A stretch of 64,000 bases of DNA from Bacteroidaceae bacterium. GTDB taxonomy: Bacteria > Bacteroidota > Bacteroidia > Bacteroidales > Bacteroidaceae. Shown piece by piece: positions 51,477 to 60,342 of the stretch; positions within the stretch are counted from its first letter, which is position 1, and each line of letters starts with the position of its first letter. Position numbers and translations under genes: made by a program. The stretch spans positions 577 through 64,576 of the forward strand of contig CAVKXW010000003.1 in assembly GCA_963660215.1 (NCBI GenBank), read 5' to 3'. The notes under the pieces were generated by a model. That model was given only the letters and a program-made list of their open reading frames with translations. It was not told where the DNA came from and made no database searches.

Positions 51477-52691
51477 TTAACCTTCATGGGGGAATCCCTT
51501 GGCAAGTCCGCCCTCGCTCGTTTCCTTATAGAGAGAAGGAAGGTCATGTCCCGTCTGTCGCATCACTTCTACCACACGGTCGAACGACACGCTATGATGG
51601 CCATCGGAGAACGAAGCATAGAGGTCGGCATCCAGAGCTCGTGCCGCAGCAAAGGCATTGCGCTCGATGCAAGGTATCTGCACCAGCCCACACACAGGGT
51701 CGCAAGTCATGCCGAGGTGATGCTCCAAGCCCATCTCTGCGGCGTATTCCACCTGGGCAGGACTGCCTCCAAACAACTGGCATGCGGCAGCGGAAGCCAT
51801 CGCACATGCCACGCCTACCTCGCCCTGGCATCCCACGTCAGCACCACTGATAGAAGCATTGTGCTTCACTATGTTGCCTACCAAGCCTGCTGTTGCCAAC
51901 GCCCTCAATATGCGCTGTTCGCTCATGTCGTGTGCTGTATGCATGTGATACAGCACTGCCGGCAACACACCACACGCTCCACATGTAGGCGCCGTAACAA
52001 TGATACCGCCCGAAGCATTCTCCTCGCTTACAGCCAAGGCATAGGCATAAACCAAACCACGGCTCTGCAAGGATGCCCTGTAACCCTTTGCCTTGATATA
52101 ATAGGTGGCTGCCTTGCGCTGCAATTTCAATGGGCCAGGCAATACGCCCTCGTGGTCCAGACCATTGCGAATGCTCTGCTTCATCGTTTGCCATACATTG
52201 TTCAGGTAATCCCAAATCTCTTGTCCTTCGCTTTTCTCCACATACTCCCAGAAAGAACGTCCGTTGTCATAGCACCACTGCTTGATGTCGGCAAGCTTGC
52301 TCAATTCATAAATATCCTTGGCACCCAGCTCGTCATGACCTGCCGTGCCATCAGATAGGGCACCGCCTCCAATGCTGTAAACCGTCCATTCGTCTATGAC
52401 GTCACCATTGAGATCTTTGCCCACAAACTTCATTCCGTTGGGATGATATGGCAGGAACACTTGTGGCATCCAGATGATGTTCACGGTCTTATGAGGCTTT
52501 AGCACCTCCTCGATGGCTACATCCGTCATGTGCCCCTTGCCTGTGGCTGCCAGACTTCCGTAGAGGGTCACCTCATACGAAGAAGCGTTTGGACAACGCT
52601 CCAGGAAAAGCTTGGCGGCTCGCTGCGGTCCCATCGTATGGCTGCTGGATGGTCCCTTACCTATTCTATATAATTCTTTTAAGGATTTCAT
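51477..52691 (-). CDS. sdaA: L-serine ammonia-lyase (iron-sulfur dependent, single chain)
   Basis: 404 aa. N-terminus: LKELYRIGKGPSSSHTMGP. Cys-containing alpha-domain motifs: TAPTCGACGVLPAV and GCQGEVGVACAMA. Confidence 0.85.
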   Translation of the reverse strand: MKSLKELYRIGKGPSSSHTMGPQRAAKLFLERCPNASSYEVTLYGSLAATGKGHMTDVAIEEVLKPHKTVNIIWMPQVFLPYHPNGMKFVGKDLNGDVIDEWTVYSIGGGALSDGTAGHDELGAKDIYELSKLADIKQWCYDNGRSFWEYVEKSEGQEIWDYLNNVWQTMKQSIRNGLDHEGVLPGPLKLQRKAATYYIKAKGYRASLQSRGLVYAYALAVSEENASGGIIVTAPTCGACGVLPAVLYHMHTAHDMSEQRILRALATAGLVGNIVKHNASISGADVGCQGEVGVACAMASAAACQLFGGSPAQVEYAAEMGLEHHLGMTCDPVCGLVQIPCIERNAFAAARALDADLYASFSDGHHSVSFDRVVEVMRQTGHDLPSLYKETSEGGLAKGFPHEG

Positions 52692-52727
52692 GCTAATTTC
52701 TCTCGCTTTTATATGTCACTTCTTTAC

Positions 52728-53495
52728 TTATTTCACTTGTATCGCTTTCAGGATGATCACATCTTGCAATGGACGGTCGTTGTTTTCCTTGTTGGTAGGA
52801 ACGTTTTGGATTTTATCCACCACATCCATACCTTCCAAAACCTCGCCGAATACCGTATAGCCATTATCCAGATGAGGCACGCCACCGTGTTTCACATATC
52901 CTTGTTGCAACTGTTCCGAAGGGATGGCATAAGCCTTGCCTTCACGTTTCAGTTTTTCGACGTAGTATTCCATCTGTCGAGGCGAAAAGTTTCTGCCCCA
53001 GGTAATATAGAAATCGGTAGCTGCCGATGCCTTGGTTGGGTTCTCCTCGTCTCCCTCGCGGGCTGCGCAAAGCTGACCTCGTTTGTGGTAATAACGTGGA
53101 TAAAGAATTTCCGCAGGCACTGAGTAATCCACATCAAACTTCTGCATTTTCTCAAGATTCACCTTTCGGCAGGAATAGTCACCTGCCTGAATCATAAAAT
53201 TCTTGATGACACGCTGAAAGATACAGCCATCATAATAGCCAGAGTTGACGAGTTTCAAGAAATTGTCACGGTGCTTAGGGGTGTCATTATAGAGGGCCAA
53301 GCGAATGTTTCCTAAGTTCGTCTCCAGAAGTACCTGAGGGCAGCTTGGGTCATGAGGAGTTTCCCAACTGAGAAGGGAGTCAGGCTGTGAAGAAACCGTT
53401 TGTGCCACAGCCTTCATGTTTTCCTCTGATTGTGCGTGCAAAAAACTAGGGAAAGCTCCCATAAATAGTGCAAATGCAACCAATGTCTTCTTCAT
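52728..53495 (-). CDS. Cyclophilin-type peptidyl-prolyl cis-trans isomerase, secreted
   Basis: Signal peptide. VLLETNLGNIRLALYNDTPKHRDNFLKLVNSGYYDGCIFQRVIKNFMIQAGD and the C-terminus YTVFGEVLEGMDVVDKI. It has an internal ~70-aa insertion relative to minimal cyclophilins. Confidence 0.85.
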   Translation of the reverse strand: MKKTLVAFALFMGAFPSFLHAQSEENMKAVAQTVSSQPDSLLSWETPHDPSCPQVLLETNLGNIRLALYNDTPKHRDNFLKLVNSGYYDGCIFQRVIKNFMIQAGDYSCRKVNLEKMQKFDVDYSVPAEILYPRYYHKRGQLCAAREGDEENPTKASAATDFYITWGRNFSPRQMEYYVEKLKREGKAYAIPSEQLQQGYVKHGGVPHLDNGYTVFGEVLEGMDVVDKIQNVPTNKENNDRPLQDVIILKAIQVK

Positions 53496-53605
53496 TTTTG
53501 TATAATTTTACAGCATTTTAAGTTATCGTTTGCAAAGATAATGATTTTATTCTAAAAAGATGGTTTTTTATTTGGAAAATATGATTGATTTTCGAAGATT
53601 TACCT

Positions 53606-53613
53606 TATCTTTG
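53606..53613 (+). promoter_or_regulatory. -7 box TATCTTTG upstream of 53639
   Basis: Exact TAnnTTTG match, 25 nt upstream of the ATG. A mirrored TATCTTTG on the minus strand (plus-strand CAAAGATA, 53533-53540) could serve the cyclophilin gene. Confidence 0.45.
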
Positions 53614-53638
53614 CAAATAAATCATAGGAGATTACTGA

Positions 53639-54475
53639 ATGAGAAAGAAAATATTATTGATGATAACATGTTTAGTGGCTCTTTCTTCTGTGGCTTCGGC
53701 GCAAGAGCAAGTAAGATTCGGACCGCTACATAGCCTGGATAGCCCGAGGGAAGACTGGATTCTGCCGGGCGACACGGTCTACCAAGATGGCAAACCGATG
53801 CTGTATCAGGGTAAGCCTGTCAAGAACCCAGTTCTAGGACAGGCAAAAGAACAGAACACCGAGAAAGACCGCCCCTTGAGTTATTATCCATATAGTGATT
53901 ACGGTTGGGGGCTTCACAAGGGATTGAATCTCTCGGTAGACCTCTCTGCTTTTGCCACTTTCGGGAAGAATGCTCCTCATCGTGGGGGTTTCACACAGAC
54001 CATCGACGCTGCCTACCTGACTCCTCTCACCAAGGACAACAAGCTTTGGATGGCCTTGGGCATGTATGTGAACAATATCAATTATGGTGGAGACAGCTAT
54101 CACGACGGTGGCGTATATGGTATGTTGGGCTATCGCATCAACGACCATTGGGATGCTTATGTATATGGTCAGTTGAGCGTAGCAAACAATTACAACTCGA
54201 TCTACGGCAGATATGGCATGTATGGTTATGGCACATGGGGCTACGGCTACGGAATGTATCCTTGGGGTATGGGTAGTGGGTTGATGCCTGGCGGCTATGG
54301 CATGGGAGTGCCTGGAGCCAATGTGCTGGGAGCAGGCATCAGATATACCAACACCAGAAAGACCTTTAGTTTTGCGCTGAATGTGGAAGGCGTGTGGTAT
54401 GACAACAAGACTCCTTCTTATTTCAAGCAGTATGATTATCCTGTGCCTCAGGCGCCAGGCGATGGCAAGAAGTAG
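53639..54475 (+). CDS. Secreted hypothetical protein, possible 8-stranded outer-membrane beta-barrel with a Gly/Tyr/Met-rich loop
   Basis: Signal peptide: LVALSSVASAQ. Alternating amphipathic segments: LNLSVDLSAFATFG, LWMALGMYVNN, VYGMLGYRIN, AYVYGQLSVA, VLGAGIRYTN, FSFALNVEGVWY. Low-complexity tract: YGRYGMYGYGTWGYGYGMYPWGMGSGLMPGGYGMGVPG. Confidence 0.5.
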   Translation: MRKKILLMITCLVALSSVASAQEQVRFGPLHSLDSPREDWILPGDTVYQDGKPMLYQGKPVKNPVLGQAKEQNTEKDRPLSYYPYSDYGWGLHKGLNLSVDLSAFATFGKNAPHRGGFTQTIDAAYLTPLTKDNKLWMALGMYVNNINYGGDSYHDGGVYGMLGYRINDHWDAYVYGQLSVANNYNSIYGRYGMYGYGTWGYGYGMYPWGMGSGLMPGGYGMGVPGANVLGAGIRYTNTRKTFSFALNVEGVWYDNKTPSYFKQYDYPVPQAPGDGKK

Positions 54476-54510
54476 GTTTGGATGATGAAAAAAATGGAAA
54501 CTACAAAGCA

Positions 54511-54546
54511 AAGGGAACCGCCTCTCACGAGGAAGTTCCCTTTTTT
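54511..54546 (+). terminator. Rho-independent terminator after 53639..54475
   Basis: AAGGGAAC (54511-54518) pairs with GTTCCCTT (54535-54542), followed by TTTT. Confidence 0.65.
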
Positions 54547-54587
54547 AGAGAGTTTATTAAACTAAAACTTAAAACTAAATGTATCTT

Positions 54588-55703
54588 TCAATCTTCTATT
54601 ATTATCTGTACGATGCGCTCAGCCGAGCGGCCATCCCATCTGTCAGGGATGTTAGCTTTCTTCCAATCACCCTTGAGTAGCTTTGTCATCGTCTCCTCTA
54701 AAAGTTGAGGGTTCTCAGCCACTAGCTCATTGGTTCCTACCGTCACCGTCTCGATATGCTCAGTATAGCTATTCAAGGTGATGCAAGGCACTCCATTGAA
54801 GGTAGCTTCCTCTGCCACATTGCCTGAGTCGGTAATCACTCCCTTGGCATGGGCGGCGAGATAGGCAAACGAAAGATAATCCTGCGGCTGTATCACTTGG
54901 ATGCCAGACCGATGGTCTGCCTCGTCTTGATACGCCTTGTATGCCAAGACAAATCCGAGAGCCTTTCCACGCAAAGGTGCCACTACCTTGACTCCTGCCT
55001 CCCTAGCCACACTATCTATCACGGAGATCAAGGTCTTCATCTCCTCGATGTCATTGACGATGGCTTTGCGGTTGAGCGTGAGCAGAAGATACTTTCCGTC
55101 TTCCAGATGCTGATCGTCCATGACGGCAGGACGTTTCAACCGAGGTGTCAGAAAGCGAATGTTGTCGATAAGAACATTGCCCACCATATAAACCTTGGAA
55201 AGTTCCGCTCCCTCTTTGTTGGCGATGCTGTTGTTCGAAATGCCAGCCGTAAAGAGAACATCCGACAGGCCGTCTATCACAAGGCGATTGATTTCCTTTG
55301 GCATCGTGATGTCGAAACTGCGAGTTCCAGCTGCGATATGTGCCAATTTCACTCCCTGTTTCTTTGTGACGATTGCCACTGCCATGGTTGAAGCCAAATC
55401 GTCTACCACGATAACCACATCCGTTGGCTGCTGCTGCAAATAGCGTTCAAACTGTGCCATCACCTGTCCGGTGAGTTCGTTCATGTTGGCGCAGTCTACG
55501 CCTAGGTACACATCAGGCTGTCTGATTCCTAAATCCTCAAAGATGGATGCCTCTACGGTTGGGTCGTCTTCCTTGCCTGTGTATACCAACTGATAAGTGA
55601 CTTCCTTACCAGCTTTCCGAGCAGCCTCGATAGCTCTTATCACGGGCGCAACCTTGATGAAATTAGGACGAGCGCCCGCAACGATACAGATTTTTTTTGT
55701 CAT
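54588..55703 (-). CDS. wecB: UDP-N-acetylglucosamine 2-epimerase (non-hydrolysing)
   Basis: 371 aa. KICIVAGARPNFIKVAPV..., VVVDDLASTMAVAIV, TDSGNVAEEATFNGVPCITL. Confidence 0.85.
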   Translation of the reverse strand: MTKKICIVAGARPNFIKVAPVIRAIEAARKAGKEVTYQLVYTGKEDDPTVEASIFEDLGIRQPDVYLGVDCANMNELTGQVMAQFERYLQQQPTDVVIVVDDLASTMAVAIVTKKQGVKLAHIAAGTRSFDITMPKEINRLVIDGLSDVLFTAGISNNSIANKEGAELSKVYMVGNVLIDNIRFLTPRLKRPAVMDDQHLEDGKYLLLTLNRKAIVNDIEEMKTLISVIDSVAREAGVKVVAPLRGKALGFVLAYKAYQDEADHRSGIQVIQPQDYLSFAYLAAHAKGVITDSGNVAEEATFNGVPCITLNSYTEHIETVTVGTNELVAENPQLLEETMTKLLKGDWKKANIPDRWDGRSAERIVQIIIED

Positions 55704-55717
55704 TACTTATTGTTTTT

Positions 55718-56668
55718 TTATCCTTTAAACAGATCCTTGATGCCACCGATGGAGCCCAAGAGGTTGGTTGCCTCGTATGGCAGATAGACCACCTTGCTGT
55801 CCTTGCCTTGAGCCACGTCTTGCATCATGGTGATGTATTTCTGCGCCAAGAGATAGTTGGCAGGATTGGTGCTCTGCCCTACTGCCTCTGTTATCTTTTG
55901 GATGGCGATGGCCTCAGCCTCAGCCTTGCGTATACGAGCAGTAGCCTCACCCTCGGCTTTCAGGATGGCTTGCTGTTTGGCAGCCTCTGCCTTGTTTACG
56001 ATGGCAGCCTTCTCGCCTTCGGAGAGCAAACGCTGCTTTTCTTTCTCGCCCTCGGAGGTCAGGATAGTGGCGCGCTTGTTTCGCTCCGCCTGCATCTGTT
56101 TCTCCATGGCTTGGAGCACACTCTCCGGAGGTGTGATGTCTTGGAGTTCCACGCGGTTCACTTTGATTCCCCATTTGTTGGTGGCATCGTCAAGCACAGC
56201 GCGAAGCTTAGTGTTGATTGTGTCGCGCGAGGTAAGTGTCTGGTCGAGTTCCATTTCGCCAATGATATTACGAAGAGTGGTTTGCGTCAACTTCTCGATG
56301 GCATTTGGCAAGTTGTTGATTTCATAGACACTCTTGAATGGATCTACGATTTGGAAATAGAGCAAGGCGTTGATTTGCATCTGAATGTTATCCTTGGTGA
56401 TTACATTCTGACGGTCGAAATCATACACCTGTTCTCGCAAGTCAATATTGTTGGTGTAGATGTATCTGCCATTGCGCATTGCCACAATGTCCTTCGCACG
56501 GTCTATGAAAGGGATGATGATATTGATGCCCGGTTTCAATGTGGCATAATATCTACCGAGGCGCTCGATGATCTTGGTCTCGCTCTGAGGGATGATAACG
56601 ATGGTTTTCTTTACCACTACGAGGGCTAGTACTACTAGGGCCACAAGTACATAAATTCCTATGCTCAT
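55718..56668 (-). CDS. SPFH/Band-7 (stomatin-like) protein
   Basis: N-terminal TM, then IIPQSETKIIERLGRYYATLKPGINIIIPFIDR and the SPFH core, then a C-terminal coiled coil rich in A/E/K. Confidence 0.9.
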   Translation of the reverse strand: MSIGIYVLVALVVLALVVVKKTIVIIPQSETKIIERLGRYYATLKPGINIIIPFIDRAKDIVAMRNGRYIYTNNIDLREQVYDFDRQNVITKDNIQMQINALLYFQIVDPFKSVYEINNLPNAIEKLTQTTLRNIIGEMELDQTLTSRDTINTKLRAVLDDATNKWGIKVNRVELQDITPPESVLQAMEKQMQAERNKRATILTSEGEKEKQRLLSEGEKAAIVNKAEAAKQQAILKAEGEATARIRKAEAEAIAIQKITEAVGQSTNPANYLLAQKYITMMQDVAQGKDSKVVYLPYEATNLLGSIGGIKDLFKG

Positions 56669-56681
56669 GATGTTTGTTAGA

Positions 56682-57134
56682 TTAAGTGAATAATTCTACT
56701 TTAAGTATGATGGATTCATGTCCTATGACACGAACCTTTGTTCCTACCTCGATGTTGCCGACGCTCTGAGGGGCTTCAGCCTTCCAATCGTCACCATCCA
56801 GTTTTACTCTGCCGTAACCACCCATCGGGATGGCTTCGGTCACCTCGCCAATCTGTCCTGCCAAGGCATCGGCGTTGCTCTGGCGGTTCTCGCCGCCCCG
56901 ATGCAGCGCTTTGACCAGATGTGGACGCACCAACCAAATGCTAAGCATGGAGCATATTGCCCAAACCACAACCTGCACCCACCAAGGGGCATCTACCAAT
57001 GCCACAGGGATGCTAACCAATGCGCCTATGGCGAAACAAGTAACATAGAAGTCGCCCGAAGACAACTCCAGAATGAGGCAGATGAACATCACTACTGTCC
57101 ATACAAGCCAGAGGTTTTGAGAAATATACTCCAT
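56682..57134 (-). CDS. NfeD-family membrane protein (short form)
   Basis: 150 aa. It has three N-terminal TM segments and a C-terminal OB-like domain (GQIGEVTEAIPMGGYGRVKLDGDDWKAEA...GTKVRVIGHESIILKVE). It lies 13 nt upstream of the SPFH gene. Confidence 0.85.
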   Translation of the reverse strand: MEYISQNLWLVWTVVMFICLILELSSGDFYVTCFAIGALVSIPVALVDAPWWVQVVVWAICSMLSIWLVRPHLVKALHRGGENRQSNADALAGQIGEVTEAIPMGGYGRVKLDGDDWKAEAPQSVGNIEVGTKVRVIGHESIILKVELFT

Positions 57135-57186
57135 GATATTAATGTATTGGTTTATAATATGTTATCTATATCCGACTCTAGTAATA

Positions 57187-58101
57187 CTACTTCTTGCGTG
57201 TAGTAGTAGTCTTCTTGGTTGTCGTGGTCTTCTTCGTGGTGGTCGTCTTCTTGGTAGAAGTAGTCTTCGAAGTAGTAGAGGTGGCAGTGGTCTGAGGCTT
57301 ATAATACTTCAGTGCTGTAGGCATCTCCTTCTCCAACGCAGCGATGCGCTTGGCATCTGATGGGTGGTCGCTGAAGATGTCGCTCTGGTTGCTGCTGGTG
57401 CCCTGAGACATGCGCTGCCAGAAAGGGATAGCCTGCTGAGGGTCGTAGCCTGCCATAGCTGCGAAGATGAGCCCCATGTAGTCTGCCTCGGTCTCATTGT
57501 CGCGAGAATACTTCAAGTTGCGGAAAGAGAAATACTGTCCGGCCACTGCGCTTGCCACATTGCCCACTCCATTGCCCACAGTCTGGTTCAGCACGGAGCC
57601 AAGGATGCTGGTTCCCGTCTGCTGATTCTGCTGCTTGGTGAGCTGCTCGGCACTGTGCTTGGCTACGGCATGGGCTATCTCATGTCCCAACACGATGGCA
57701 AGAGCGGTTTCGTTCTGAGTGTATGGCAGCAAACCCTCATAGACCACAATCTTGCCGCCAGGCATACAGAAGGCATTGGCGCTATTGTCCTGAACGAGAT
57801 TAAATTCCCAGGAATAGTTCTTCATATCATTCGCAAAGCCATTCTCTTTCAGATAGGTCTCCACGGCGTTCGCCAATTTCTGTCCCACACGCTGCACCAT
57901 TGCCGTATTCGTGGCGTTGGTCGACTTCTTGGCTGAAGCCATATACTTGGTGTATTCTTGGTTAGAAAGACTGAGAACTTGCTCATCAGAAACAGAAATG
58001 CGATGAGTACGACCAGTAAGAGGCACTGTTTGCGAAGTGCCACAAGAAGACAACGCCAAGGTTGCCACAACTGTCATTACTAATAATTTAATCTTTTTCA
58101 T
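57187..58101 (-). CDS. M48-family zinc metallopeptidase lipoprotein with a Thr/Lys-rich C-terminal tail
   Basis: Lipobox: TLALSSC. HExxH: VLGHEIAHAVAKH. Downstream motif: ETEADYMG. C-terminus: TTATSTTSKTTSTKKTTTTKKTTTTKKTTTTRKK. Confidence 0.85.
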   Translation of the reverse strand: MKKIKLLVMTVVATLALSSCGTSQTVPLTGRTHRISVSDEQVLSLSNQEYTKYMASAKKSTNATNTAMVQRVGQKLANAVETYLKENGFANDMKNYSWEFNLVQDNSANAFCMPGGKIVVYEGLLPYTQNETALAIVLGHEIAHAVAKHSAEQLTKQQNQQTGTSILGSVLNQTVGNGVGNVASAVAGQYFSFRNLKYSRDNETEADYMGLIFAAMAGYDPQQAIPFWQRMSQGTSSNQSDIFSDHPSDAKRIAALEKEMPTALKYYKPQTTATSTTSKTTSTKKTTTTKKTTTTKKTTTTRKK

Positions 58102-58213
58102 CTTACTTATATATTATATATGAAGTGCTTTATTAAGATTTACATTGCAAAAATAATATTTCTTCACGAAACCACCAAATAAAATAAGGAAAATAACACA
58201 AAAATAACACAAA

Positions 58214-58243
58214 AGGCTGCCAGGACAGATAACCTAGCAGCCT
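58214..58243 (-). terminator. Terminator hairpin downstream of the M13 peptidase gene
   Basis: AGGCTGC (58214-58220) pairs with GCAGCCT (58237-58243). On the minus strand it is followed by TTTTGTGTTATTTT. Confidence 0.5.
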
Positions 58244-58281
58244 CGCCATAAAAAACAATATGTTTTTCGATATGGAATATT

Positions 58282-60315
58282 TTACCAGAGTTGCAAACGA
58301 TCATTCTTTGGAATGAACATCTTGTCGCCCTCTTTCACGCCAAATGCCTCATACCAAGCGTCGATATGAGGAAGAGCGCCATCCACACGCCACTTGCCCA
58401 GAGCATGAGGGTCGTTCTTCACACGCTGGCGTATCTCCTTCTCAGTGATGTTCTGTCCCCAAACACCTGCATAGGCGAGGAAGAAACGCTGGGCAGGAGT
58501 GAAACCGTCCTTGTTCTTGAGAGGCTTCTTGGCTGTAGCGTTGAGGAAAGCGTTGTAAGATACCATCAAGCCTCCGTGGTCGGCAAGATTCTCGCCGAGG
58601 GTATAGCGTCCGTTGGCATTCAAATCAGGCAACACCTTGATGTTGCTGAAGAAATCAGCATACATGTCGGCACGCTTGTTGAATCCTTCGGCATCCTTGG
58701 CAGTCCACCAGTCGTTCAAGTTTCCATTGGCATCATACTGACGTCCCTGGTCATCGAATCCGTGAGTCATCTCATGACCGATCACTACGCCGATGGCACC
58801 ATAGTTGAATGCCTCGTCGGCCTTAGGGTCGAAGAATGGGTACTGGAGGATACCTGCTGGGAAGCAGATTTCATTGGTGGTTGGGTTGTAGTATGCGTTC
58901 ACAGTCTGTGGAGTCATGTACCATTCGTCCTTGTCCACTGGCTTTCCAGCCTTTTCCTCGATGTCCTTGTCGTTGGCAAATTTGCGGCATGCCATCACGT
59001 TCTCGTAGAAGCTCTTGGATGGGTCGATGTCGAGATTGCTATAGTCAGTCCACTTGTTAGGATAACCAATCTTCACATAGAACTTGTCGAGCTTCTCATG
59101 TGCCGCAGCCTTGGTGGTATCGCTCATCCAGGTTTGTGCGTCGATGCGCTGGCCAAGACTAACCTGTAGGTTCTTGACCAATGTCTCCATCATCTTCTTG
59201 GAGCTCTCTGGGAAATATTTCTTGCAGTAGATTCTGCCAAGAGCCTCTCCCATCTGCGACTCAACCTGGGATGTGGCACGCTTCCACAGAGGATGGTCTT
59301 CCTGACGCCCGCTCATGGTCTTGCCGAAGAAGTCGAAGTTTGCCTCGCGGATTTCGTCGGTCAGATAGCCGCTTGACATTCTGATGACTCCCCACTGCAT
59401 CAGCGCCTTCAGGGTCTCGGCATCCTCGGCAGCATAAATCTTGTCGTAGGCTGCGAAGAAGGCTGGCTGGCCAACGATCATCTCCTGGATATACTCGGTC
59501 TTGATGCCTTCGCCATTGGCAAGAGCTTCGAGAGGGATGTTAGGATAGTTTTCCTTGAACTGTGCCAAGGTCATCTTGTTGTAGTTAGCCTGTGGGTTGC
59601 GGAGCTCTGTGCGGCTCTTGGAAACTGTGGCAAGTGTAGTCTCATGAAGGAACACTGCCTGTGCCTTCTTGGCAGCATCGGCAGCAGAGAATCCATAGAG
59701 CTGGAACATCTTGGCGAGGTATGTCTTATAAGCCTCACGGATGGCAACGGTGGCTGCATCGTTGTTCAGATAATAATCCTTGGTGCCGAGAGTCAAGCCA
59801 CCCTGCATCAAGTTGTAGATGTTCATGGTCACATTCTTGTCGTCGGCACTGAAGCCTGAGCCGTAGCTCAATCCCAACCCCATCCAGGCATACTTCACCT
59901 GTAGCTTCTGGAGTGCGTCCTTGCCGTTGGCTGCGGCAATCTCGTCCAAGAGAGGCTTCACTGGGGTGATGCCTTCCTTGTTGCGACGGTCGGCATCCAT
60001 TGCCAACTTGTAGAAGTCGCTCAACTTCTGCTCGATGGTTCCTTTCTTATAGGTCTTTTTCTGAAGTTCGGAAAGGATGGTGTTGATACGCTTGTTGTTG
60101 TCCTCTGCCAACTTGTCGAAACTACCATAGCGGCTGTAGGCAGCAGGCAGAGGGTTGTTCTTCTGCCATCCACCAGTGGCAAACTGATAGAATTCGTCGG
60201 CAGGTTTTGCTGTCTTGTCGAGATTGCTCATCACAAGACCCGATTTGTTCTGAGCGTCAGCGCCAAGAGGCATAGCTGCGATCATCATCATCGGTACGAT
60301 CATTTTAATTTTCAT
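58282..60315 (-). CDS. M13-family metalloendopeptidase (PepO / neprilysin-like), secreted
   Basis: 677 aa with a signal peptide. NAYYNPTTNEICFPAGILQ, the HExxH motif VIGHEMTHGFDDQG, GENLADHGG and the C-terminal W typical of M13. Confidence 0.9.
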   Translation of the reverse strand: MKIKMIVPMMMIAAMPLGADAQNKSGLVMSNLDKTAKPADEFYQFATGGWQKNNPLPAAYSRYGSFDKLAEDNNKRINTILSELQKKTYKKGTIEQKLSDFYKLAMDADRRNKEGITPVKPLLDEIAAANGKDALQKLQVKYAWMGLGLSYGSGFSADDKNVTMNIYNLMQGGLTLGTKDYYLNNDAATVAIREAYKTYLAKMFQLYGFSAADAAKKAQAVFLHETTLATVSKSRTELRNPQANYNKMTLAQFKENYPNIPLEALANGEGIKTEYIQEMIVGQPAFFAAYDKIYAAEDAETLKALMQWGVIRMSSGYLTDEIREANFDFFGKTMSGRQEDHPLWKRATSQVESQMGEALGRIYCKKYFPESSKKMMETLVKNLQVSLGQRIDAQTWMSDTTKAAAHEKLDKFYVKIGYPNKWTDYSNLDIDPSKSFYENVMACRKFANDKDIEEKAGKPVDKDEWYMTPQTVNAYYNPTTNEICFPAGILQYPFFDPKADEAFNYGAIGVVIGHEMTHGFDDQGRQYDANGNLNDWWTAKDAEGFNKRADMYADFFSNIKVLPDLNANGRYTLGENLADHGGLMVSYNAFLNATAKKPLKNKDGFTPAQRFFLAYAGVWGQNITEKEIRQRVKNDPHALGKWRVDGALPHIDAWYEAFGVKEGDKMFIPKNDRLQLW

Positions 60316-60342
60316 AATTGCTTTATTTTAACGTTAAAACTA

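Noticed and set aside
58190-58213. Short direct repeat AAAATAACAC x2 downstream of the M13 peptidase gene
   Set aside because: This is a 10-nt A-rich duplication forming the U-tract side of the adjacent terminator hairpin on the minus strand. There is no further structure.
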